NCBI RefSeq assembly: GCF_009834535.1
Contig: NC_045696.1
Location: 20,152,001-20,216,000 of the forward strand
DNA from: Camelus ferus
Taxonomy: Eukaryota
Length of the DNA: 64,000 nt
Direction: 5' to 3'
A model generated the notes under the pieces. The model made no database searches, was not told where the DNA came from, and saw only the letters and a list, made by a program, of their open reading frames with translations. The translations under genes were made by a program, and so were the position numbers. Below, piece after piece: positions 14,291 to 28,100 of this stretch. Positions within the stretch are counted from its first letter, which is position 1. The number at the start of each line of letters is the position of its first letter.

Positions 14291-15011
14291 GTGAAGGGCT
14301 GAGATTTTATTCTTCTTTCAAGCTAATAGAAGACCCCTGCATCAGAGACAAAAGGGTTTTTATTTTTGTTTTACTCATGTTAAAACAGGTACCATGAGCT
14401 CCATGTTCACTCTGATTCCCTGTGCCTCCCAGGTCTCCAGGCAGTGACCCAGAGGTGCCCAGTGGGATGTAACACATGCAGTGTTTTTGCTGATTCCCAA
14501 AGAACCCCAATTTCAGAAAATGCCAATCTTTTACCAGGTGATGAAATCACACTTGCCCAGCCTTTGCCCCAAAGAGAGACATTAACTTTACTCTTCTGGT
14601 CAGCAAACAAATCTTCTCTCTGCTCTAGAGATTGACACCATCTCTATGTTTTAGGGTGGTTTACTCTACAAACTGCCTTGAAAATACAGTCTAAAACAAA
14701 AGCTGTCAGTGCCTTTGCTTGTACAATGTTCAGACATGGGACCCACAGGGACTTGTCTCCTAAAGGTGGTGCTCTAAAAATACTTTTAGACTGAATGAAT
14801 AACAAAAAGTATTGATTTTACTTAAGTAGCCACTTGTATCTTGTTTCACTTTCTTAAATTAGTACTGTTTCCTGTATTTTTTATTTCATTTTCAGCAGCC
14901 TCTTCATTTTCTTCTAATACTGAATCTTCTCTTCACTTTTAAAGGCTCAAGTTCAAGCCTACACTCATGGCCCATTTTCTTTCTCTTCTGAATATAATAG
15001 TGGCTAATATA

Positions 15012-15412
15012 CACTGCAACCCATTCCACCTCTATAAATATGTATGTTATGGTAGGGAAAACTGAAAGAAATCAATGTGTTCTACCTCAAAATAAATCTT
15101 TTCCTTAAAATTAAACTTTCTCCTGCACAACGTCTGCTAATACCAGATTCTTTAAATTGTACTTCAGTAAGAAACTGTTTCTTTATTCAAGGGTATATTC
15201 ATAGGTAAATATCTGCAATACTAAATTAACTAATGTGGAAAGAAAACTCCAGATAACAAATATTATTCCTAATAAATAAATCAGCTGATATTCTTTATGG
15301 TTTCAGGTAGGACAGTCTGTCACAAACAAGCCCCCTCACTTTCCTCCACCTAGAAAGGAAGTCAAGGGCTGGTGGGGCCCACCAGAAGGGTGGGTGAACT
15401 GACAGATCATCC
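15012..15412 (+). repeat. Copy A of an ancient direct duplication (copy B at 16216-16643)
   Basis: Colinear similarity over ~400 bp with an identical 18-mer AGGACAGTCTGTCACAAA. Confidence 0.8.
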
Positions 15413-16215
15413 TTCTATCTCAGAGGATGCTTTTCCAGGGGCTTGCAATCTAGTTGGAGGATTTACTTAAGAAAAGATGAAATAATCATAATCCAATAAG
15501 GTGAAGCAGCAGAAGAATTCTAAGTGAGGTTACAGAAATTACCGATGAAAGAATTCAGAGAAGGGAGATGTGGATGTTGGGAGAACAGACCAGGAGGTGA
15601 TGCCATTACAATGTGCCCTGAAAAGACAGGAAGAGAGATGCTAGTCTGATTTGAATCTTCCACTTAAAATGAAGCATCACTCTTTGGATTCTATAAATAA
15701 GAGGTTTTCTGGTGAAATACTGTTCTGTAAGTCTCTATTCTAAAAAAATAATATGAAATCCAGTTCATTTTTAGGATACTCATGTATTAAAGGAAAGAAA
15801 CAACTCCTATCTGTCAAGGGGCATTAAGTATCTGTTCTGATCTCCCTTCAGGTAAAGAAGAAAGTATCCTTCTGATGAATCTTTTAAAATATATTTTTCT
15901 TTTGTTTCTTCATAAATGAGTTTGGGCTTATAGGCTACTTGCTAAATCTCTATTACCATTCTCCCTCATTTGATTAACTTTAAATGAGTTTTGTATAACC
16001 AATGTTATCTTTGTTAGAGTTTAATAATATTACTCTTTTTTCATATTGTTTCCTGAACTCTTGTGTACTCTTGGAAATAGAAAATGAATAATTAAACTCA
16101 ATATTTCCATTAAGATCATATAAAAATATTAAATAGTGTCACCTGAAGAAAATTAGGCTATTACTTTGTCAATGCCTATGAATATAAACAGAAGGAAATA
16201 TAATTAACAATAATT

Positions 16216-16643
16216 CACTTCAACCCATTTTATCTCTATAATTACGTATATATTTTGTGATTAGGGAATGATGAATAGGTATCAGTGCATTACACTTTGG
16301 CAGAAATTCTTTTCTTAATCTTAAATTTCTTGTTGTACAGTGATCTATTAATATGTAGCAGTCACACCAGGTTTGTTTTAATTTTACTTCAGCAGAAAAA
16401 TTGCCTCTGTGTTTAGTGCATATCATCACATATTTGGTAAATAAATGTTAAAATATTTTTACTGAGATGTGGTAGGTCAATTCTAGATAAGCATGTATTA
16501 TTTTTAATACGTAAATTAACCAATAACTTTTGTAGATTAAGAAAGGACAGTCTGTCACAAATAAGTCCTTGTATTCTCCTCTCTCTGGGAATGAAGTCAA
16601 GAGATGGGGTCTGCTGTGAGGGTGGTGAACTGAACGGCTGTCC
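16216..16643 (+). repeat. Copy B of an ancient direct duplication (copy A at 15012-15412)
   Basis: Colinear with copy A; identical 18-mer at 16544-16561. Confidence 0.8.
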
Positions 16644-17224
16644 TAATTAAGAGGGTGCTTCTTTATTGACTGACTGGGGAAAACAGAATGTTTCATAGTA
16701 ACTAGGGCTCTGATTTTGTCTTTTTTTTTTTTCCATGTTAATGTAGGATGCTAATGGGTTTTTTTCTGTTTTTTTCTTTTTAGTTCTTGGACATAATTAG
16801 GTCAGTAATCAAATGAAACTGTGAACATATACCTCAACTATGTACTATGCATCTCAGAAATTAAATTTGGTTTATTGGAATCAAACCATCACAATAATAC
16901 TATTTTCCACAAAAAAAAATTTAGATTTCCTCCTTTTGTCCATCATCTTAAATTAAAATTTTCTATTTGAACCTTTTCATGCTTTTTGCTTTAAAAACAC
17001 TTGCTATCCCTGTTTTCAAGGTATGGTAATTTCTGTTTGCTTCTGTGCACACCAAAGTTTGAATGTAATACAGAACTTCACAATTTGAAGGAATAAATGT
17101 CTGTGTCTTGCCCAAATTCCTTAAGAAATAAAGCATTAAGTTAATCTTGATTCAAATGTGGGTTCTTTTCTCCTTTTAGTAGAATCTACTGTTCTGAATT
17201 TTGTGTCATTTAATGCCTTGCTTA

Positions 17225-17890
17225 ACATTATTTATTTGTCTCATAAGTAAATACCCCCAATAATATATTTTACTTTTCTATTGTCTGACTATACTTAAGT
17301 CAGTATCTCTTTTACAGATGATAACTATGTGTGCTATTTTCAGGGTTTTTTTTTAATTTTTATGTGTGTTGTTATTCCATTATGAACAGTATATATGATG
17401 CATGGCTTCTGGTGTACAAGACTGCATCCTGGAAACACAATTGCTGAATAATAAGGAATGCACAAGTTCAACTGTATAAGGTAACAAAGTGCCAGGCTGA
17501 CTTTCTAAATGGCAGTACCGCTTTGTCCTCAGAAGTGTGTGCCTATGTCCATTGTCCCACATCTTGTCCACACCTGAGACTGTGATACTATTTTTTTCCA
17601 GTCTGGTAGTTAGGCTTATTTCCTGAGTATCACTTACGAACAGTATTTGATTTCCTCTGCAACATGAACAATGCTGTTTTCATCATACATCATTCATACA
17701 TTGCAGTCTTTCTGACCATTTTCTTTTCTGTTTTCTTGGTCTATTTGTTTCCCCCCCTGTGCACACTGTCCTGGTTACCATGTCTGTGTAATGCCCTGAT
17801 CTCTTCAATAGAATGTCTCCTGCCTGCTCCTCCTCAAAAATGTCTTTCATAAATTTTATTTCTTTGTTTCATCTTCTTGAGTGATTAACC
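17225..17890 (-). mobile_element. Old L1 (L1ME-like) 3' fragment
   Basis: 'aattgctgaataataaggaatgcacaagttcaact...ctttctaaatggcagtacc...ccacatcttgtccacac' resembles the L1 ORF2 end/3'UTR. Confidence 0.5.
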
Positions 17891-19589
17891 CAAAGATTAT
17901 TGTGAATTAACATTTGACACAACAGATGGAAACTTGCCATTTAAGTTAACAGAGGAAACTTTAATACATATTTCTATATACCTTAATTTGTAGATTTTGA
18001 TATATATCAGCTTCCCTTGAAATATGAAACCAAGAGCCTAATTTTCTGATATAATAAACTGTGCCTAAGAGAAACTATATCTTAATTTTAACGTAACTTT
18101 TTGTCCAATTTCAGTATTTTTTTCATTTTTCTACCAAAATATTCATTTATTGGTGAGCATTGGATATCCTAAGCAGGCATCAATGAGAATAAAGGGTGAA
18201 TACTGGAAGGATAACTAAAATAAACTCATGCAACTTGCATTTTAATCAAGTTCAGGACTGTAAATATCTACTAATGCTGGAGACTTGTATGATTTGTGAT
18301 CTGGGTTGAAATCCCACGAAATTAACCTATTTTGAATTTACTCACAGAAAGTCAATGGCTATAATGCTGTAATACTTCACACTGTTCCATTTTTATCTCT
18401 CCTTTTAATAAAAAGAAACTGACCATGGCTTATATATTTTGGAGAGACCAAGGTAGAAAAGTATCAGTTTGCACACAGTGTTTCTTATAGACTTAACACA
18501 ACATTTGAGATTTGAAAATATAAGAAAGATGGAAAAAGGAAACAAAGCTGTTTCCCCATTTAAAGTAAATGTAAAATATAATTTCAGATTGTTTCTCTAG
18601 GTAATCATTTATTATTCTGCAGTATTTAAAACCTTGATTATACAAACTAATATAATTTTGCCTGGTTCCAAATTAAACACAGATATGTATGATAAAAGAT
18701 GACTGTTCTTAATATTACAACTCAAGATAGCTTTTGAGCTGTCAACTACTGTACTTTTTAGGCTAATTTAGATTTATATATAATCCTTAATGAATGTGCA
18801 AGAACTGAAAGAAGAACTCAGTAATTACTTTCTCTAATTATCTATTTTAATTATATTCTAGCTATATGCAAAAAGGAAGCAATCTAGCAGATCTGTATTT
18901 AAGAAAACTAAAATCAAGGCTTCCTTTATATGGATGTTTTCCTTAAAGGTGGCTAGTTAGATACCACCACAAGTTTATTAATCCCACCATCCTGAAAATG
19001 AGATTTAACATGTTAATAAGGAAAAATCTCATTTTAAAAATAGGTTATTTACTGGAAATATGGGGTGGCACGGCTCTGCCATTTCCCAGTTATTAAACAT
19101 GGCTTCTCAAGAATGGGATAAAACATCAGCCTTGTTCCATAACATATGAGCCTCCCATCTTCCATATAGGTATTTTATTTAACTGACTTCCAAAGGGAAT
19201 CCATAACTACACTTTCCCATCAAATTGATTACCTTGTATTACAATTATCTTTGAATTTAAATAATAAAATGGCTTAAATGTATGAATTATTTGCTCATAA
19301 ATTGTTAGGCAAACTCATGAGAATTTTGAATAAATGTTAAAAAGATAGTTTTGTAACATATACCGATATATACATTTAGCATAGCAACAATTATATAAAA
19401 CTATCACATTTATAGATAAGAGGATTTTTTAAAGAATAATGTTTCTCTGTCTCTAAAAATATTCCAGCAGAGAATCCCTATAGAAGGGATATGTGCACAA
19501 TCATTGGGTAAGATGACTTCAAAGATCCCTTTAATAAATGTATAAACCAATAATAATTATAATAATAACAATAATAGAAAACAATCAAT

Positions 19590-19830
19590 AAAACTACCAT
19601 CCTTAAACACTTAACTCTTAGAATTGTATTAAGTACTTCATACATATTTCCTTATTTAACACTCACGGTTACGCAAATATAGTCTTCGCTACGCTGATTT
19701 TTCATGTGTTTGAATTGAGAATAAAGGAAATCAATTACTTGCTGGAAATCACCCAGATGGTAGAAGTCAGAGGTGGGATTCAAATTGAGATAAGTGTTTC
19801 TATAAGCCCATGTCATTTCTCTAACACTAC
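19590..19830 (-). mobile_element. MIR SINE
   Basis: 'attacttgctggaaatcacccagatggtagaagtcagaggtgggattcaaa' is a MIR core in reverse. Confidence 0.6.
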
Positions 19831-21002
19831 TTATTCTTCTCATTTGCTCAGATTTCTGGTGAATATGATTGTTATAAATATACTTATATGTATGTACATA
19901 TACATAATATGCATACAAGGATACTATGTAATATTATACATTTTAAAATCCTTTTGGGTTTTTAATATCTGAAAAAATGATATAAAAAATTCTATTTCCA
20001 TATTTTAAACATTTAAATTTATCTGTTTATTACAATTACTTTTCAGAAATCTCTTTTTCATTCTTTCAAATTCATTGGAGATAATATAAAAAATAAAATG
20101 GTTTTAAATCACTATCAACACCTGAAATTTTTAAAGTACATGTTTTTATTGTCATAACCAATGCTATACCACATTATTGTTTACACGTGTACACATCTGT
20201 ATGATTTTTCCACTAGGTGAAATTTTTATAAGTGGAATCACTTTATCAACGCACTTTATACACATATCAAATATTGATAAATATTGTCAATTTAAATGCA
20301 CTCCATTTGTATAAGGGTATTGGTCCACTGATAATCTATACCTTTACCAATCACAAAGACAAAAATGGCTTTTATGGTGTTACATTATCACCCTAGCGAT
20401 GGATCTTACAGACTTAGGGCTGAGCTAATGTTAATCTGACACTTTGTGTTTCTGGATAATTTTACAGACTAGAGAAACTGCCAAAATTGGAACATTCACC
20501 TCTGGACTATTATGTAAGCAAGAAATAAAGTTGGAGCAGTTGAGCAGTTGAGCATTGTTCCTTTTGGATACCGAATTCATGAGGGCCTTTCAGGGTTACC
20601 TCCAATACTCTGAAACATTACATGGGCTCAAAAACCTGCATTTCACGACAGCATTAGTAATTTGCCCCCGAAGCCCCATCATTGATGAGTTTATGTATTC
20701 TGGGAGCTCTCTGCTCAGTTTCAGCTGTTTATGTATTTTTTTTTTTTTTTTTTGATCCCTGAATGATGTTTCTTAAACTATTTTGAGCATAAAAGTGAAT
20801 TCAAAAAACAATTTGCTGAAGTTCATTTAACATTAACTTGAAATATAATAGAAACCCCTTTAGCACATTTGCTCTGCTGTTCTGTCCTACACATTTTTTT
20901 CTCTTTGTGATTTATTTTTAAAATCATATATTATTAGTTAATGCTATATAGTTTTTGAAGATAAAATAATTTCTTTAACTTTATGGTAAACCAAACAAAA
21001 AA

Positions 21003-21578
21003 TATTATGTAGCTAATGAACATATTAGGCAGTTAGATAGAAATGAGCACCAGGCAAGGGGAGAGGAAAGAGGAGGGAATAATCCAGAAGGTACCAGTAC
21101 ACCTGCGCTCAGGATAAGGGGCTTCAAAGAATTTTACTTTTTTTAAATGAATGCTGACAAAGAAGCGGGTTAGAATCAAATGCTGCGGTCACGTTCAGTA
21201 AAGAGAAGGACAGGATTTAACATGACCCAGAGTTCGTTATAATGTAATTAGCATGGTGGTTTCGGCCCCCTCCTGTAGGTTTTTCTGTGTGCATCATGGG
21301 TAAGAGCATGTGCCAAAGAAATGGGTGGCCCTGAGCACTCAAGGCATGTAAACTGTCAATCAGTCACCAGAACCAGGGTATAAGAGGGGAGAAGCAAAGG
21401 GGCAACGCCATTTTCCTCTCTTGAGTTGGCCCGCCTTCAGTTTTTGGAGGTGTACTCTACTAATTTTTGCTCTATTAATAACATTTTCTGTTTATATCGC
21501 GATTTCAGTCTCCTGTTTAAATTCTCTTTCTCCGGTAAAACAGAGAACTGACACGTTTTTACCCTCCTCACGGTAACA
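21003..21578 (+). mobile_element. ERV1-type solo LTR, related to 946-1472
   Basis: Ends GGTAACA; 5' end TATTAT (probably mutated TGTTAT); AAAA flanks both sides; TATAAG at 21379. Shares 'ggtttttctgtgt.ca.cat..gtaag' and 'ttggaggtgta' with the LTR at 946. Confidence 0.75.
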
Positions 21579-22461
21579 AAAACAGAGAGCTACCCAGTCT
21601 CACATGGAGTGATTAACTTACTTACCTCTGTCTCTAACACACACACACACATACATGCATGCAGGTGCACTCACATGCACAAATACACACAGTCAACACA
21701 GAGACACTCAGGTATACAGTCCATAACTTTTCTTACAAATATCTATGCTTAATTTAAGGCGGTAAATATCTTATAAACTAAGATAAGTATATGGAAGCTT
21801 TTTAAAATTAAGGAATCTGTTATTTTTCACTTTATGTATTCTAGATATTTTACTTTTTAAATGACCATTTATTACTTTTATTTTGGTTAGATAAACACAA
21901 ATGTTAATGTTTTGAAAGAAAGGTTTTGATTCAAAACTCAGTTTAATTCCCAACTATGCAGTCTTTTAGACATATTATTTAAAACAGTCATGTCCTATTT
22001 AAGTGTAATAGTTACATTTAAAATATTTAAGATTACTGTTGGTTTCCGTATGCAATCAGGTTAACATATAAGTAGTACTATGTCACTTAAAATGCACTTT
22101 TTGGAAAATCTGTTATTTGTAATTTCCACAAATATTTGAAGAACTGTTGCCTGCTTACTTCATTTCTTCTTTTTAAAATAGAATTCTGTTTATCATATCT
22201 TCAAAGTAAAAAAACAGTATTTAACCACTTACTAGTTTATAAAGTTTGTAAAGAATAGTATCATCAATTATAAATCAGTTTAAAACATGTTAGTAAAGAC
22301 TAATGACATTTATCTTAAGGAATATAATGACATGTTGATCATCTGAGAAACTTTCATGTAGAAAATGAATTTATAAAAAGATTGTAGAGGTTATAACTAG
22401 AACTTGCACAATGATTTATGATATAAATTTGACTGTCATATGCTAGAGTATTCAGGAATTT

Positions 22462-22464
<3 letters not shown>

Positions 22465-22507
<43 letters not shown>
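22465..22507. repeat. (CA)n microsatellite
   Basis: Directly visible. Confidence 0.95.
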
Positions 22508-22508
<1 letters not shown>

Positions 22509-23112
22509 TTACCATCAGACTTGTATTAATAGGCCTGCAGTGAGTGGTTTCCAATTTGCTTTCACTTTTAAATAATAACCTTTAATTTATAATTATTCAT
22601 TGTTATTTGGAATTATTAATATACAATATCATGTACTACCTTTTATTTTTTGACATGACCTTACATACTACTAGCCAGATATACTGATTTATGAATTATG
22701 TGTACAAAGGAATTTTCTCCAAAAAAATCTAATGTTTCAAAAATCACTTATAATTTTCTAAATGTCTGAATAAATTTAAGGCAATATTTTCATGGCATTT
22801 TTTTATCATTTTTGTTTCTGTAACATCCTGCTACAGTGGGATGATATTTTAAAGTTAGTAGTCAGGCCAAAGAGTCCCCCAGAATTGCTGCATAAATAAC
22901 AGGGTTTTTTTGGTGTTATGTCAGTCTGTTCACAGGCTCTTTGGATCCCTCAACTTCCAATACTACCGTTAAACTTATAGAGTTTGCTTTTGTGGATATG
23001 GTCAAGAAATTTGAGGATTAAATAGCATTTAGAAGTGCAAAGGATTAGAAAGTTGAATGAGCTTTATTCTGGAACTATATGAAGCATGCAGTCAGAATGA
23101 GCTCCTGATCAT

Positions 23113-23234
23113 TAAATGGAAAAAAGAATCTGAAAAAGAATACATACGTATATGTATAACTGAATCATTATGTTGTACACCAGAAACTAACACAACACTG
23201 TAAATCAACTAACTATATTTTAATTAAAAAAAAA
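23113..23234 (+). mobile_element. Short L1 3' end with poly(A)
   Basis: 'aatggaaaaaagaatctgaaaaagaata...tgtataactgaatca...tgtacaccagaaactaacacaacactgtaaatcaact' followed by an A tail. Confidence 0.85.
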
Positions 23235-24244
23235 TTGCAGAAAGTCAAATCATGCCACTCGTTCACCTTCATTTTCTTTGATGGATGCCTGTTTTTTTAA
23301 CCAAGACAGAAAAATCAATTATACCCACTTCAGAGTACCATTTAGGACGGACAATAATGCTCTAATTCTGGAGCATTCTGGAGTTTAATGTCTGAAAACA
23401 GATTTAATCTGGGGAAGAGGAATTTGTAGACTCTGCAGAGATGAGATTTGGGGGAAATAGAATTTCCAGGAAATGGAAATCTATTTTCTCTTCTGATCCT
23501 TTGACATCATTGGCTATTTTCTTTGGAACTTCATTTAGATATAAAATAATTCACATGCAATAACAAAGACTTCACATGCACAATACTGACTTACAGAAAA
23601 TACAAGCACAGTATATGTAAAAGAGATCTGGCATAGTCCTATGTCAGAAAATGCTTCTGTTTAAAAGAACAATGCACCGTTTTCTACTCATTACAAGAAT
23701 TGTTAATGTTTTTGATGTTTCCAAACAATCAGAATACTTATTCAAGGAAATCATCTTTGTTTATTTTTTGACATTAAACACACATTGAAAGCAATAATGC
23801 CTGTTAGAAATCTGTTCAGAATACAAGGGCAATTTTCAAGGTTTTGTGCTGAAACAAACTGAGGAAATAAATGCCACATGTTCTGCGGTTTGCAGACTTC
23901 ACAGTGAATTTCATGTGTCCTTCAATTTGATCTAAAGAATTGCAATTGATAAATGGAATAAGATCTTGTAGGCAAGGGAACAGATATTTCCCCAATTTCT
24001 AAACAATTTAGTCGCTTACAGGCTTTCTTTGGAAGAAACATTTCAATTTACACACTATTTCCTACTGAGCAGAGTTGGATGAAGGCAGGAATATTTTAAA
24101 AGACTAGAATTCAAGATTATTGATAGAGGTGTGAAGCAGATAATTCAGAGCAAAATGTAAGAGTAGCCTAACTGCAGAGTGCAAGGAAAAGGCATAAGAC
24201 CTGGCTTCAAATTTACTTCTGACTTTTCTTTAAAAAAAAAAAAA

Positions 24245-24838
24245 TCAGCTTTATTGAGAAATAACTGACAAATAAAATTGTAAGATATTTAAAGTGGACA
24301 TCCTGGTGATTTTATATACGTATGCATTTGCATTGTGAAAGGAGTTCCCTCATTTAGTCAGTTAACATAGCCATCACCTCACGTACTTCTCTCTTTTGTT
24401 TTTCTTGGTGAGAACATTTAAGTTCTACTCTCTTAGCAAATTTCAGTTATATGATACTGTGTTATCAGCTATAATCACCATTATACAGACCTCATTTATC
24501 TTAGAGCTGAGAGTGTATACCCTTTTATTACCCTTCCCCTATTTATTCTGCACCCCCAGCCCCCAGGCAAGCACTTTTCTACTTCTTTTTTTTTTTTTTT
24601 TTCCAAATTTCACATATAAGTGATACCCTGCAGTATTTGTCTTTCTCTGTCTGGCTTATTTCACTTAGCATAATGCCCTCAAGGTCCATCCACATTGTTG
24701 CAAATGACAAGATTTCCTTCTTTCACATGGCTGGATAACATTCCATTGTACATATATAACCACATCTTTTTTATCCATTCAAGTGTTGATGGACACTTAG
24801 GTTGTTTCCATATCTTGGCTATTGTGAATAATGCTGCA
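24245..24838 (-). mobile_element. L1MA-type 3' fragment inserted into a MIR (MIR halves at ~24150-24225 and ~24850-24980)
   Basis: Canonical L1MA 3'UTR ('ctggcttatttcacttagcataatg', 'ggttgtttccatatcttggctattgtgaataatgctgca'); imperfect TSD ATTTAC(T/C)TCTGA at 24211 and 24838. Confidence 0.85.
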
Positions 24839-25189
24839 TTTACCTCTGATTCTAATTTTGTCCAATCATTTCAAAATGTTCAGCCTTTTTGATCCTTAGT
24901 TTCTCCCTCTTAAGCTATAATACGGAACCTTAGCAGGCTGTGAAAATTAAAAGAAATCAGGTTTGTGAAAAGTACAATTTAAGCTAAAAAATACTATATA
25001 TTTTAAAATAAATTTTATTTGACCCAACTATGATAATTAGAAACTTGTCTGAAATTGTCCTAAGGAAATACTGTGAAGAAACATTTTTTTTCAAGGAAAT
25101 ATAATAAATCTCTTCAAAGAATGGGAAGATTCTATGGCCTTTGAGCCATGACCTCAATCCTAACATCACTCTCTAACAAGTTACAGAAG

Positions 25190-28100
25190 CTGTACACAGG
25201 CTACCCTCCTGCAGGCAGGTAATACCAAGAAGACGGGCTCCTCCTCCCAGTGATCACCATGGGGTTGTGGCTTCACCCTGGAAGGGGCAGGCTGCCTGAG
25301 TTTCTCACTCACTGCCCCAGTGCCGTGCTGCAGAAGCTCTATTCCATGCAGGTGCACATTTGAGACAACCGGGCCTCCATTTCCTCACTCAGCTCCCACT
25401 TATATGGTGGAAATTCTTACCCAGGCATGTCAAACCAAGAATACTGGGGCCCAATCACTCACTCTTCTGGGGGAGAGGAAGCAAGCTGAGAAAACCAGCA
25501 GTTGCCACACCTATCCAATGTCAATTCATAGAGGGAGGGTGTCACTCCAGAAAAAATTCTGTCGGAAGGGGCTGACTTTATTTGGATCAGAGAATGGAAG
25601 ACCTCCTTGTCTAAGGTGTTGTCAAAAAAATAAAAATCTTGGAGAGAAGATAAGAGGATGCTGGTAGGTCTGTGATGCAAGCAAAGTGGTGGAGTAACAG
25701 GAGTTTGGTAGAGAATGAAGGGAAGAGAAAGCTAAGAATAGGCTTTCCGGGATCACAGTCACCCTGGGAATCGGGAAGCTTGTGTATACACATTCGGTTG
25801 AACTCTCTCAGGAGCAATCACAGCAGGATGCTGAGCAGACTTGAAAGCATCCTCAGGCCACAGACAGACTTAACAACACATGGGGGAAGAGCCGCTGACA
25901 CAAGGGGTTTAAAGAAAACCTCCGGCTAAATAAACACTGATTGAATAATAAACTTCTTCTATAGGTGAATTTTAAAAACTCTCACTTAAAAACAAAATCA
26001 CTCTCATCTCTGGCAGTTTGAAAGACAGAGTGCATATCCAAGGCTAAATTCTCTTAGGAATGATCTGAGAGGGCACCTCCAAGCTAATGGTCTTTGGCTG
26101 AAACTGGGAACAAAATAAGCCACACATATCTAACAGTAAATGATAAAATCTTAGTGGCCAAGAGGGCTTAAATACAACCTTTGTAAAATGCAGCTTATTC
26201 CAAGTCAGGGATGACCCCTAAGTAGCCTGCCTAAAAGACAAAAGTGAGGGGAAATCATCTGAACAGAGATATCAGCAGCTTCCAAATACAGGGAAAAGTG
26301 ACTTCACAAAATTAGTTCAGCAAAATCACTCAACAAAAAATGACTAAGCAAATAACAACAAAACAACCTCTGGGAAGGGACAATCAATATCTAGAGTTGC
26401 TACACTGTATTATCTAAAATGTCCACTTCTCACCAAAAAGCTACAAGTCATGCAAGTAAACAACAACATAAAAGCATGACACATATGCAGGAAGAAAAAA
26501 ACAAGTGGCAGTAGAAAATGCCTGTGAGGGGGCCCAGAGGGTGGATCAGGACACAAAGAGTTTAAACTAGCACAAATTTGTTTGAAACTTGTTTTTTAAA
26601 AATAAGGAAAATATGAATACAATGGTCATCAAATAGAGCATAAATAAAGGCAGAGATATTATTACAAACAACAAAATAGAAATTTTGCAGTTGAAAAATA
26701 CAATAACCAAAATAAGAAATTCACAACAAGACCTTAATGACTGTTTTAAACTGGAAAAAAAAAAAGAAAAGCAAACCTGAAGACTGATCAATATAGACTA
26801 TGCAAATTGAAGAACCAATAGAAGAAAGATTGAAGAAAAATTAATAATGCCTGAAGGAAATATGGGACACCATTAACCAGATAACCTATGTGTGATTGGG
26901 TATGAGAAGTGAGAGAGAAAGAGAAATGGAAAGAAAAAAATTTGAGGAGATAATGACTGAAACATTTCCAGACAGATGAAAAGATTCATCTGCTCACTTA
27001 AGCACAACAAACTACAAATAAGATAAACAGAAAAAGATATATACTCAGACACATCATAATTAATATATTAAAAGTCAAAAGAAAATCTTGAAAGAAGCAA
27101 AAGAAAAGCAAGCCATTATTTACATGAGGGTCTAAATAAGAAATGAGCTGATGAATTATTAGAAATAATAGATTCTAGGAAGTAGTGGGACAATCTATTA
27201 AAAGTGACAAATTAAAAAAAACACAAAAAAACATTAATCAAATTCTGTTACCATCTTATACTAATTATAACTAATTTACCAAAATTATAGTAAATAAAGA
27301 TATTTCCAGATAAATGAAAACAGAAATAATTTATTACTTAGAGACAAACCTTACAAGAAATTTTAAAGGAAGTTCTTCAAGGTGAAAGCAAGTGGCATCA
27401 GAATGAAATTCAAAACAATGAGTTCCATTAAGGATAATTATGTAGGTAATTACAAAAGACTGTATAATTGCACATTTCTCCTTTCTTCTCATGACTAATT
27501 TAAAAAGCAATTGTTTGAAGCAATTATTATGCCATTGTCCTGCTGGACCCATGATATATATAAATATAATATATTTGACAAAAACAAAACTACACGGAAC
27601 AGGTAATTAGCAACAAATCCACAAGAAATGAAGAAAACAAGAAATGGTAAATAAAAATGTTATTTTAAAACAAACTTTATATATACTTTCCTTTCTTCTC
27701 TAAGCTTCTTTAAAATATGTAAGATAATATAAAGTAATAATTATAACAATGTATTTATATCAAATACAGACATAATATGGGTACAAGTAATAGCATACAA
27801 AGTGGAGGAGAAAATGAGCAATGTAAAAGTAAGATTTTCACATTTTGAAACTGAGCAGGACCCTGTGGGGCCTTCCCAGGGACAGACTCCCCACTTCTGT
27901 GTTCCCTGACTCTTGTTTGTAGAAGAAGCTTCAGCCTCCTAAGCCTTCCCTAAGACCCCAAGAGCGAAATGAATCAGAGAAGTGAGAAAACACAGAAACA
28001 AAGGAAAAGAGTCAAGCAAGACAAAATAATAACGGTTTAGTCAAAAAACCAAGTCCAGGACCTTTGGCTCCTCCTCAAGGGTATAGATAATATCCTGATA

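Noticed and set aside
25320..25929. Cluster of overlapping 68-115 aa ORFs
   Set aside because: It lies in the GC-richer 5' region of an old L1, with no recognisable domain or splice structure
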